Shown: in pieces, positions 9,121-17,393 of the stretch
How positions within the stretch are numbered: the first letter of the stretch is position 1
Layout of the letters: each line of letters begins with the position of its first letter
Assembly: GCA_964497315.1 (NCBI GenBank)
Contig: CAZCCH010000007.1
Coordinates: forward strand, 4,503 to 68,502
DNA: 64,000 nucleotides
From: an uncultured Planctomycetia bacterium
Lineage (GTDB): Bacteria; Omnitrophota; Gorgyraeia; Taenaricolales; CAZCCH01
Direction of reading: 5' to 3'
The notes under the pieces: model-generated
Database searches by the model: none
Told to the model about the DNA's origin: nothing
What the model saw: the letters and a program-made list of their open reading frames with translations, nothing else
Made by a program: the position numbers and the translations under genes

Positions 9121-11184
9121 TTAATATAAGAGGGCGCGGTAGGTAAGGAGAAGGCGGTATTCGTCGGTTTTTGACTCGCCATTCTGATCATCATCTTGGT
9201 CTTGTCTATATAAAACTTCCATACTGATTTTTTGATCTTCCGTAGGAGAGTAACTGCTGTCTAAATTTGCAGTCCATACTGAGCGATCTCTTGTAGAATT
9301 ATCATCTGTAGCTAAGTGATACGATATAAATGGATTAAGAGTAAGCTTCCTATCCCAGCGGTAGGTTCTACTAAAAGGCCATCCAAAGGTAGTAAATAAG
9401 GAATTTCTCTTTGCCTCGGTTTGCGCATCAACAAAATCCTTATCTCGTTCAAAGGCATAACCTAAAGTAAGGTTTGATGTATCCCACAGCCTCATAGAGG
9501 TATTTATGTTGAAATCTTCCTCAATGGCACTTGTAGAATATCTACCATCTTGCTTTTCATCTGAATGATCGTATAAATATGCAAGGTTTAATAAAACCCT
9601 CTCCGAAAGTTCTTTTGCAGCACTCACAGAATATACATCTGAGTAGGTAGCGTATGTTTTTATATTTTCTATCCTTTTTCTGTTTGTATAAGAGGTAGTC
9701 AGGTCAATGCCATAAAGCCTCTTACATAGCTCAAATATAATATCCCTGTCTGAGACATCATCAGAGGTTGATACACTCCCTGGATTAGAACGGGCATTCT
9801 CAAAGTGCGTCCTTATAGAAAATCTCGGCCATCTTGCCTCAGGTGGCGGTATAAGCCGAAGCTCATGTCCGTAGAACATCCTTTCATTTGTCTCCACATC
9901 ACTATCGCTATCAAGATTATTACGCGTCCTTGAGAAAAATAGACTCGTATATATTGAATCAAGGGGATAGTATTCTAAGAAGTTATATATATGTTCTCTG
10001 TCTCCAGTAAGATCTGCATACCAGGTAGTACTGCTTGATATGTCAGCATATGAGCGAAAGTCAGGTTCTATGCGTTCGTATAAATTTACGAGATTAAATT
10101 TAGGCATTCGTATTTGTGATCTGAAATAATGGGCGTAGTCAGAGAGAGTTTCTTCTTTTATAATAATATCTTCATCGGTCCTGTCTTCATCGCTATAGCT
10201 ATAGGCAGTTTCTGTTTTTATCCTCCACATATCAGGTATAACCTCAATTGCCTCATCAAAAGAAATTACATAGTTATTTTTTGGATTATATGCACTGTTT
10301 ATAGTACGTACCCTATTTGAATCTATAAGATGCATCATCGATATTCCCGCAGAGTACCTATCGGAAAATCTACGCTCTCCCCTAAGGCCATAAATACTTC
10401 TTGGATGAATCCACTCTTCAGTATCTGTAAGATATGTTGGTACTGCACCACCGACGAACCTTAAGGCATCTTTATCAGATTTTGTATATAGACTTAAACC
10501 CCTGTAGTAAATTCCCCTCATAACATAACGACTAAAACGAGTAGCCGTGTCCCCCACAATAAAACGCATATCTTGGTTGCTTAAGGCATATGTCCCTCGC
10601 CTCATGCGGCCATCTTCATGATCATTGTCATGATAGCGGATATCTCCAATAAAAGTACTTTGATATCCTGGTACGGTATCATCATCATAGCGGAAGTGTT
10701 CTTCTATAAAATAACCTGAAGGATCAAAGTCTGTATCAGAGCTTGCCTCTGCTTGTTGTCTGCGATAGCCCGTAGAGAAGGTATTGATAAATCTTTCATA
10801 TATTTCATTTCCAGGGATGTAGATATATGGTTTTTCTACGCCTATGTCTATTCTGCTTTGAGCTATTTCAGAACTTATTTTTCCTAGCCTTTCAGGTTTT
10901 TGAGAATTTCTACATTCCTGGGTTTCATAAATTCTTGAGAATATCTTTGATAGATATTCTCTTGCTAAGGGGTTTTGTGGATCCCTGATAAGTACTGTTT
11001 CAATTTGGGTGAGCGCATCATCAAGCTTGCCCATGCTGTAGAAGTGTAGGGCCTTAGCTAGTATGAGCTTTGTCTCTATAGGTTTTGTTTGCCTAGCAAA
11101 ACAGACAGAAGAGGAAAGTATTAATTGGAATACCAAAATGAAAGAAAAAATTCTATAGAGTGTTTTTTTAGTATACGTCATCAT
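9121..11184 (-). CDS. Large secreted outer-membrane-type protein with N-terminal TPR-like segment and beta-barrel-like body
   Basis: Signal peptide MMTYTKKTLYRIFSFILVFQLILSSSVCFA. TPR-like LAKALHFYSMGKLDDALTQIETVLIRDPQNPLAREYL. Long Tyr/Asp/Ser-rich beta-like body ending ..YRALLY. Confidence 0.4.
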   Translation of the reverse strand: MMTYTKKTLYRIFSFILVFQLILSSSVCFARQTKPIETKLILAKALHFYSMGKLDDALTQIETVLIRDPQNPLAREYLSKIFSRIYETQECRNSQKPERLGKISSEIAQSRIDIGVEKPYIYIPGNEIYERFINTFSTGYRRQQAEASSDTDFDPSGYFIEEHFRYDDDTVPGYQSTFIGDIRYHDNDHEDGRMRRGTYALSNQDMRFIVGDTATRFSRYVMRGIYYRGLSLYTKSDKDALRFVGGAVPTYLTDTEEWIHPRSIYGLRGERRFSDRYSAGISMMHLIDSNRVRTINSAYNPKNNYVISFDEAIEVIPDMWRIKTETAYSYSDEDRTDEDIIIKEETLSDYAHYFRSQIRMPKFNLVNLYERIEPDFRSYADISSSTTWYADLTGDREHIYNFLEYYPLDSIYTSLFFSRTRNNLDSDSDVETNERMFYGHELRLIPPPEARWPRFSIRTHFENARSNPGSVSTSDDVSDRDIIFELCKRLYGIDLTTSYTNRKRIENIKTYATYSDVYSVSAAKELSERVLLNLAYLYDHSDEKQDGRYSTSAIEEDFNINTSMRLWDTSNLTLGYAFERDKDFVDAQTEAKRNSLFTTFGWPFSRTYRWDRKLTLNPFISYHLATDDNSTRDRSVWTANLDSSYSPTEDQKISMEVLYRQDQDDDQNGESKTDEYRLLLTYRALLY

Positions 11185-11186
11185 TT

Positions 11187-12194
11187 TTAAGGTGAATATA
11201 TCTCAATAATAAGTTTACACGAGTAATTTCCTTTTACACTTGTAGGGTTTGTTTCTAGTGCTAAATAGGCGCTAAAAGGACTCGCTAAGGTAAAGTCCCC
11301 AGGTGCATTGACATCAGTAGCATATTGACCATCATATATGCTTTCTCCAATTAAGGTCCTCCAGGTGTGCCTATCTGAATTCATTTCACTGAGATCAGGA
11401 ATCCGCTCCCAAGCTATTTTATCATCATAGCGCCTGCCTTCATCTAACATGGGGCCTCTCCAATAGGTGTCATCATCAACAGGGGGTGGACCAGACATAC
11501 CTGAATCCCAACCCATTTCCTGATCATCTGGCGGATAATTTAAGCACCACACCTTTAAGGGAATGGCATATCTTCCATCAGATGAAACAAGACCTGCAGG
11601 GCTTGTTGAGTATATAGATTGCGGTATTGCCTTGTACCTGGAAGAATTATCAGTGTATATACGCATATACCATGGTCTTTGATGGCGAAGGCGGTTGTAT
11701 ATAAAATAATCCCAGGTGATTTCTATTGGCACAGGATGCATATGTCTACCATATGGTAAAACTCCAAAGTCAATTATCGTTGGGAAGACTGAAAGGGTTT
11801 CTGTATTACTTCCCACACGGACCGGCCAGGCACCGTATTCTGTATCTTGTAATCCTCCAATAGAATCTTCATAGACCCTTATAGTAACACTGTATTTTCC
11901 TGATGATACACCTGTGGTATCCCAGGTAGCAGTTAAGGTTCCAGTAGCACCGGCTGCGATATTGACGGCGCTTCCATAGTTTTCTGTGGTAGCTCCTGAT
12001 TTCGTTACAGCAAAAAGTAGATACGGGTCTTTGGCAACGCTTTCTGTGTTCCTGACAGTAGCGGTACAACTAACAGTCTGACCTGTTGTGTAGGCTTGCT
12101 GATAGCTATAGCTTATAATTTCTATTCCAGCAAAGGCCTCGTTTGCTATAGTGATAAATATTATAAAAGCTATAAAGAGAATAGTTTTTTTCAT
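11187..12194 (-). CDS. Secreted protein, paralog A of a pair (possible fimbrial/adhesin-like subunit)
   Basis: Signal peptide MKKTILFIAFIIFITIANEAFA. Conserved block RPWYMRIYTDNSSRYKAIPQSIYSTSPAGLVSSDGRYAIPLKVWCLNY shared with 13053..13709. C-terminus ..KLIIEIYSP. Confidence 0.5.
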   Translation of the reverse strand: MKKTILFIAFIIFITIANEAFAGIEIISYSYQQAYTTGQTVSCTATVRNTESVAKDPYLLFAVTKSGATTENYGSAVNIAAGATGTLTATWDTTGVSSGKYSVTIRVYEDSIGGLQDTEYGAWPVRVGSNTETLSVFPTIIDFGVLPYGRHMHPVPIEITWDYFIYNRLRHQRPWYMRIYTDNSSRYKAIPQSIYSTSPAGLVSSDGRYAIPLKVWCLNYPPDDQEMGWDSGMSGPPPVDDDTYWRGPMLDEGRRYDDKIAWERIPDLSEMNSDRHTWRTLIGESIYDGQYATDVNAPGDFTLASPFSAYLALETNPTSVKGNYSCKLIIEIYSP

Positions 12195-13030
12195 TCTACA
12201 TTAAATTGAATTGTTTTTTGTAAAAGTTCACCCGTACCAATATCTAGGGTAGCTACAGCAGTGTACTTACCCTTTACTGTGGATGCCCATCTTACCGGGA
12301 TTTTTAATCCCCATTCTGAAAATATAGGTAAACACCTGCCAGTTGAAAGCCTTGCTGCAAGATTATTTTTTTGATCTGTGATCACAATTGTTCCTACAGG
12401 GCGTATATGCGCTGTACCTGTATTTTTTATAGTTACTTCAAAATTCACAACCCCACTTTCAGCATCGTATATAGGTTCAAATTCAGTTATTTCAGCAGAG
12501 TATTCAAGAGAGTCTTTTATTGCTACATAAACAGGTATGCTAAAACGCGGAGTAATCTTCACCCTTACTTGGCCTTTAGTAGCAGGGTCCAAGGCTTCAG
12601 TGAGCCTATTTTCATCAACAACAATTGCTGCTACATATTCACCGAATGAATCACTAGGGATATCAATGGTATATTGTATTTCTTCAGTTGAACCAGGTTG
12701 TATTTTAATAAGGTCTGGAGTTAATTTAATCCATTGCTGACAGGAGTCAATGATGGTTGTCTTTTTTATCTCAGGATAAATAATATTTGGTGACATAACA
12801 AACCTATACATCCCCGTTGCAAGAGAGGCCTCAATAGGTTCACTTGAATGATTAGTAAGTTTTAAACTGCCTTCATGAGTTTGAGTGGCGTTTAATTCTA
12901 ACTCCAGCCGCATGGGTTCTATCTCAATAGCATAAGCATATTGACTTATTCCTACCCACAGCCAAAGAATTACCAACCGGATGCAGAATAAGGATATTAT
13001 CTTTTTAATTCTGAAAAGTTCCCATTTCAT
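12191..13030 (-). CDS. Periplasmic two-Ig-fold protein, pilus-chaperone-like (tentative)
   Basis: N-terminal anchor/signal. Beta-rich sequence of about 250 aa sandwiched between the two paralogous secreted proteins. No diagnostic motif recognised; call is by size, context and composition only. Confidence 0.3.
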   Translation of the reverse strand: MKWELFRIKKIISLFCIRLVILWLWVGISQYAYAIEIEPMRLELELNATQTHEGSLKLTNHSSEPIEASLATGMYRFVMSPNIIYPEIKKTTIIDSCQQWIKLTPDLIKIQPGSTEEIQYTIDIPSDSFGEYVAAIVVDENRLTEALDPATKGQVRVKITPRFSIPVYVAIKDSLEYSAEITEFEPIYDAESGVVNFEVTIKNTGTAHIRPVGTIVITDQKNNLAARLSTGRCLPIFSEWGLKIPVRWASTVKGKYTAVATLDIGTGELLQKTIQFNVE

Positions 13031-13052
13031 AATTTAGTCCTCATAAATAAAA

Positions 13053-13709
13053 CTAGGGTGCTGGCACAATTTCAATATAGAGATTGGCCGTATAGTTTGC
13101 CTTAACACTGCTTGCGTCAAAATTTGCTTTAAATTTTATATCAAAGGGTGTTGCCAGAGCAGTATACCCGAGAATATTATCATCATTGTCAAACAGAATC
13201 CTATTCCCGCCTGAGACCCAATCTGTATTTCTGGGGTCAATTCCCATTATGATGCAATCCGTATATATACTTTGGATTTCTGGTGTAGAAGGCAGGTAGT
13301 TTCTGTAATTGGGTTGGTTTATATCGGGTATAGTGCGCCATTCGCTCTTTGCAAAATTTGGACAATGCACCTTAAGCGGTATGACAAAGCGCCCGTCTGT
13401 TGAAATAAGACCTGCGGGGTTTTGAGATCTAATACTTCCAGCAATACCTGTGTAATTTACATTGTCTGTATAAACTCGCATTATCCATGGGTATTCTCCG
13501 TTATATGCACCTTCGACTGTTATTGTTCCGATAACCTGCTCGCCAGCATAAGGTATTTCATTATTAATTGAACCCTCATAAGAATAGCTGCCAAATGTTT
13601 CTACCTTTGCTGAAGTATAAATGCTGACACGCTTAGCCAGACATATATTAGTACATAATACAACGCTTACTGTAATGATGCATACTACTAAAATGATTTT
13701 TGTTTTCAT
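13053..13709 (-). CDS. Secreted protein, paralog B of the pair
   Basis: Block YPWIMRVYTDNVNYTGIAGSIRSQNPAGLISTDGRFVIPLKVHCPNF and C-terminus ..NLYIEIVPAP parallel 11187..12194. Start moved to the internal Met (MKTKIIL, with GGTGGTGA RBS) to avoid overlap with the downstream HAD gene; the ORF track extends to 13784. Confidence 0.5.
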   Translation of the reverse strand: MKTKIILVVCIITVSVVLCTNICLAKRVSIYTSAKVETFGSYSYEGSINNEIPYAGEQVIGTITVEGAYNGEYPWIMRVYTDNVNYTGIAGSIRSQNPAGLISTDGRFVIPLKVHCPNFAKSEWRTIPDINQPNYRNYLPSTPEIQSIYTDCIIMGIDPRNTDWVSGGNRILFDNDDNILGYTALATPFDIKFKANFDASSVKANYTANLYIEIVPAP

Positions 13710-13726
13710 AATTATCACCACCAAAT

Positions 13727-14404
13727 TTAAATGTGTAGTTGAGTGTAGTCTTCCACATCCAGCGTAACTTGTTGCGCTAGACATTCGCGTATATCAAAGA
13801 AATTGTGAAATGGTATATGCGCTATTTTTTCTTTTCTGCAGTATTGCTCAAGTTCGCCTTTAGCAAACAACAAGTCTGCAAATTTAGCCGGACATCTATC
13901 TGTAGTGCTGTCTCCAATATAAATTATAACATTGCCTTGCGATCTAAATTTTCTAAGGTGCATAGTTTTGCAATTGCCGCACTCTTTACATTCTTCTGCT
14001 GAATATGGGTATTCAATCTCAAGGCCTGTGCTTTTGAAATTTAAAGTATTTGCAAAATAGGGAATATCCTTTATGCCATATTTTTTTAAAACTGTATCTA
14101 TACATAAAGAAAACCCCCCGCTTAGAATATTAAATTGATACCCGTCTCTATTACAAAATTCCAAGAAAGATTTAAAACCTGGGTCTATTTCAATCTCATC
14201 TGTAAGAACTTTGACAATCTCTTCCTTTGAGGGGTTACATAGAGAAAATTCTTTTTTTAACCCGATTCTGTTTCCAAATTCTTCTCGTTTTATACTTTCT
14301 TCAATCCTATGCCAGGAGGGGCCAGCAAATGTATTTAGAATTTTAACAAGTGTATCTTCAACAGTTATAGTACCATCAAAGTCAGATAGAATCATTTTAG
14401 ACAT
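13727..14404 (-). CDS. HAD-superfamily phosphatase, MtnX-like (2-hydroxy-3-keto-5-methylthiopentenyl-1-phosphate phosphatase family)
   Basis: HAD motif I DFDGTIT at the N-terminus. Cys cluster CKECGNCK. Motif IGDSTTD near the C-terminus. About 225 aa. Confidence 0.6.
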   Translation of the reverse strand: MSKMILSDFDGTITVEDTLVKILNTFAGPSWHRIEESIKREEFGNRIGLKKEFSLCNPSKEEIVKVLTDEIEIDPGFKSFLEFCNRDGYQFNILSGGFSLCIDTVLKKYGIKDIPYFANTLNFKSTGLEIEYPYSAEECKECGNCKTMHLRKFRSQGNVIIYIGDSTTDRCPAKFADLLFAKGELEQYCRKEKIAHIPFHNFFDIRECLAQQVTLDVEDYTQLHI

Positions 14405-14749
14405 CTAAATTGCTCCTTCTTAAAAAAAATTAACCCAGCACTAATTTCTAAAAAGTCTTAGATTGATAAAAGCTAGTGCTGGGTCGGGGCCATCTTTATC
14501 AATATAACCATAGGTGTATGCTTATTTTAAGTGTTAATATTATATATTGCCCAATGTATAAAGTCAAGAAAAAACACGCTTATTTTTACATAACTATTTT
14601 GTATTATTGGAGTTATGATAAAGGAGTGTTAGGACCTAGAACATTGGCTCCCCAGGTTTTCCCAGGCATGGCTGCATTCTAGACTTATCCTAAATCATCC
14701 TACCCGGCTTAAGTTTACCCATGCCGCTGTAATAAAATCAAACAAACAC

Positions 14750-14778
14750 TTGACATATTATCATACATGTGGTATACT
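14750..14778 (+). promoter_or_regulatory. Sigma70-type promoter TTGACA-17 nt-TATACT upstream of the antitoxin gene
   Basis: TTGACA at 14750-14755, 17-nt spacer, TATACT at 14773-14778. AGGAGG RBS at 14794-14799 and ATG at 14808. Confidence 0.5.
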
Positions 14779-14807
14779 TTAAGTAACCTTAAAAGGAGGT
14801 GCTGAAG

Positions 14808-15602
14808 ATGGATGTCTTCTATAAAGAACTATCAAAGAAGATAAAGGTAATTAGAGAGAAATTAGGTCTTTCGCAGGAAGCCCTTGCTAAGCAATTGGGC
14901 ATCAGCAGGGTCGCAATCTCTCAAATAGAAAATGGCGATAGAAAGATAAGCGCTGAGGAGATTGCAAAATTATCCAATATTTTTAACATGCCTACGGATG
15001 TGCTTCTCAGCTTAGATAAGGATATTGAAGTGGTGCTGGAAAAAGGCCTCAGATCGAAGCCAAAGGAAAAAACCGGCATTAGGATAAATGTTCCACAGAA
15101 AAATCTTGAGAAGTTTAAAGAGGTTTTGCTTTATATTTTAGGGAAAGTTGGCTCTAAGCCTAATGTAGGGCAGACCGTTTTATATAAGCTCCTTTATTAC
15201 ATCGATTTTGACTTTTATGAAAGATATGAAGAACAACTTATAGGCGCGACATATATGAAAAATCATCACGGGCCTACTCCAAAAGAATTTATAAAGATAG
15301 TGGAAGAAATGGAAGGCGAGGATTTGATCAGGGTTGACGATGAATATTTTAAATATCCTCAAACTAAATATCTGCCAAAGAGAAAACCGGATCTTACAAA
15401 ATTAAAGGCTCATGAAATAAAGATGATAGACGAGGTGATTGAAAGGTTATCCGACCTTAACGCTACTGAGATTAGGGAGTATTCTCATAACGATGTTCCT
15501 TGGCAAACAACGGAAGAAGGCGAAGTCATAGATTATGAATCAGTATTCTATCGCACCCCGCCCTATTCAGTGAGGGATTACAGTGACAAAGATCTTCAAT
15601 GA
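14808..15602 (+). CDS. XRE-family HTH fused to a Panacea (DUF4065/SocA-like) domain; predicted type II antitoxin
   Basis: HTH LGLSQEALAKQLGISRVAISQIENG. C-terminal block NVGQTVLYKLLYYIDFDFYERYEEQLIGATYMKNHHGPTPKEF matches the Panacea consensus (KLqKLLYya...G.pl....y.aw.hGPv). ATG 14808 with AGGAGG RBS is preferred over the GTG at 14799 used by the ORF track. Confidence 0.65.
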   Translation: MDVFYKELSKKIKVIREKLGLSQEALAKQLGISRVAISQIENGDRKISAEEIAKLSNIFNMPTDVLLSLDKDIEVVLEKGLRSKPKEKTGIRINVPQKNLEKFKEVLLYILGKVGSKPNVGQTVLYKLLYYIDFDFYERYEEQLIGATYMKNHHGPTPKEFIKIVEEMEGEDLIRVDDEYFKYPQTKYLPKRKPDLTKLKAHEIKMIDEVIERLSDLNATEIREYSHNDVPWQTTEEGEVIDYESVFYRTPPYSVRDYSDKDLQ

Positions 15603-15975
15603 CATACGTAAACTCGCTGAATTCGAAAAGGATTTTAAGAAACTTGTTAAAAAGTTCAGAACGCTTGACGAAGATCTAAATGCCTTTATCGTTAATCAGC
15701 TAAAGCTTGCCCATAAATTAGACATTGATAATAAAGGCGTTGTCAGAATATCCGATCTCGGCATTGAACACCCAAAGATATATAAAGCCAGAAAATTTGC
15801 TTGCAAGACATTAAAAGGTAGAGGTGCCGTAAGCGGTATCCGTATTATATATGCATATTATGAGCAGGATGATGTTATCGAATTTGTGGAAATTTATTAC
15901 AAGGGAAATAAAGACAATGAAGACAAGGAAAGAATTTTAAAATACTATAAAAAGAGAGGTCAAAATGGCAACTAA
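15583..15975 (+). CDS. RelE/ParE-superfamily-like toxin (tentative)
   Basis: 130 aa. C-terminal pattern GAVSGIRIIYAYYEQDDVIEFVEIYYKGNKDN resembles the RelE/ParE beta-sheet core (RiiY..d...v.i..i..H). Overlaps the antitoxin gene end by 20 nt. Confidence 0.4.
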   Translation: MTKIFNDIRKLAEFEKDFKKLVKKFRTLDEDLNAFIVNQLKLAHKLDIDNKGVVRISDLGIEHPKIYKARKFACKTLKGRGAVSGIRIIYAYYEQDDVIEFVEIYYKGNKDNEDKERILKYYKKRGQNGN

Positions 15976-16240
15976 AAAAGTAAATTTTAATCAAAAGGGC
16001 ATTGAAAAACTTCCAAATGATAAGCCTGTATTATATAAAATACAAACGCTATCTGGTGGAACAAATTATGCTGGTATTGCACAAAAAGGTGGGGTTCGAG
16101 AAAGGCTTCAAAAACATTTGGATAAAATTCCAGGTGCTAAGGTTAAGATTGAGCAGTTTCATAGCATAAGAGAAGCTGCCAAGAAAGAGAAAACTACAAT
16201 AAAAAGAAGCCAGCCGAAATATAATAAAAAGGGTAAATAA
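15965..16240 (+). CDS. Mini GIY-YIG nuclease-domain protein (91 aa)
   Basis: PVLYKIQTLSGGTNYAGIAQKGGVRERLQKH fits GIY-(10-11 aa)-YIG followed by the conserved Arg and His. Confidence 0.5.
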   Translation: MATKKVNFNQKGIEKLPNDKPVLYKIQTLSGGTNYAGIAQKGGVRERLQKHLDKIPGAKVKIEQFHSIREAAKKEKTTIKRSQPKYNKKGK

Positions 16241-16332
16241 GATTTATTAACGAAAAAGACCAAATTTGGCAAAATAAATCTAATTTGCCTTTAACGTATT
16301 TGCACTTATTAACTAAAATAAAAGGTGAATTT

Positions 16333-17085
16333 ATGAATTGGAATCAAATTGTTGAAAAAACTAAACCATATATTGTAAAAATTAGAACGCCAGCAGGAAG
16401 TGGCACAGGCTTTCTTTGCCTTTATGATGAAGCCAAAAAATGGTGCGGTATAGCAACTGCCTTGCATGTCGTAGAGGATGCAGATGAATGGCGACAACCT
16501 ATCAAGATAATACATCAAGAATCGCCTGAACAATTTTTTTTAAACGATCCAGACAGAGTTATATTTTCAGATTGGAAAACAGATTCAGCAATTATTTTCT
16601 TCCCAAAACCCAAAGGATCTCGATTGCCGGATAGCCTCATTCCTTTACGCCCTCTAGATAATTCATTAGATATTGGGTCCGAAGTGGGATGGATGGGTTT
16701 TCCGTACCTTGAACCGCATACGTTATGTTTCTTTTCCGGCTGTATTAGTGCTCGGAGAGAATATAGGAAAGCTTATCTTATTGATGGCGTTTCAATTAAT
16801 GGTGTAAGCGGTGGTCCCGTGGTACATTCAGTAGAAACAGAAAAAATAGAAATCATAGGGATCATTTCTGCCTATGTAGCAAACAAGGCAACTGGAGCAA
16901 CATTACCAGGATTGTCTATTGCACAAGATGTCACCCATCTTCACAGCGTGGTCCAAACTATAAAATCTATAGAGGAAGCAAGGAGAAAGAAGCAACAATT
17001 GAAAGAAAAAGAAAAGAACGGTAAAACAGCTATTCAACACCCAAAGCCTAACCCCGAGACTCCTGAAAACGCAACAGATCGGTGA
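16333..17085 (+). CDS. Trypsin-like (S1 family) serine peptidase
   Basis: His block GTGFLCLYDEAKKWCGIATALHVV. Ser block GVSINGVSGGPVV (GxSGG). Start set at ATG 16333 (MNWNQ...); the ORF track begins at 16285. Confidence 0.6.
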   Translation: MNWNQIVEKTKPYIVKIRTPAGSGTGFLCLYDEAKKWCGIATALHVVEDADEWRQPIKIIHQESPEQFFLNDPDRVIFSDWKTDSAIIFFPKPKGSRLPDSLIPLRPLDNSLDIGSEVGWMGFPYLEPHTLCFFSGCISARREYRKAYLIDGVSINGVSGGPVVHSVETEKIEIIGIISAYVANKATGATLPGLSIAQDVTHLHSVVQTIKSIEEARRKKQQLKEKEKNGKTAIQHPKPNPETPENATDR

Positions 17086-17300
17086 ATTTAAGTATCGCGC
17101 CAAAGCCCCTCGCCAAAAATGCCTCCCACAGCAGATAATTTTCAAAAAGACTGCTTTGTTGCGCCAAGTCGGATCGAGGAGGGTTTATTGAATTGCCTCT
17201 ATTGCTATTTCGGTAAGGCCTTTTCATTTTTGCTGATAAGGAAGTTTAGCCCCCATTCTTTAACCTTATATACAAGCATATTCTATAATCTGTCTTTTTC

Positions 17301-17329
17301 TTGACATTATTGCCCACTTATAGTATGTT
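17301..17329 (+). promoter_or_regulatory. Candidate sigma70 promoter (TTGACA-17-TATGTT) upstream of the sugar ABC transporter genes
   Basis: TTGACA at 17301-17306, TATGTT at 17324-17329. A TATAAT also sits at 17284-17289. Confidence 0.35.
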
Positions 17330-17393
17330 ATTAGAGCATAAAGAGAACGTTAATTACTTATAAAAACCAATTTTTTTAAAAACTTAGGTATTT

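Noticed and set aside
17086-17393. Rho-independent terminator after the protease gene
   Set aside because: The GC-rich stretch gcgccaaagcccctcgccaaaaatg has no convincing stem-loop followed by a T-run.
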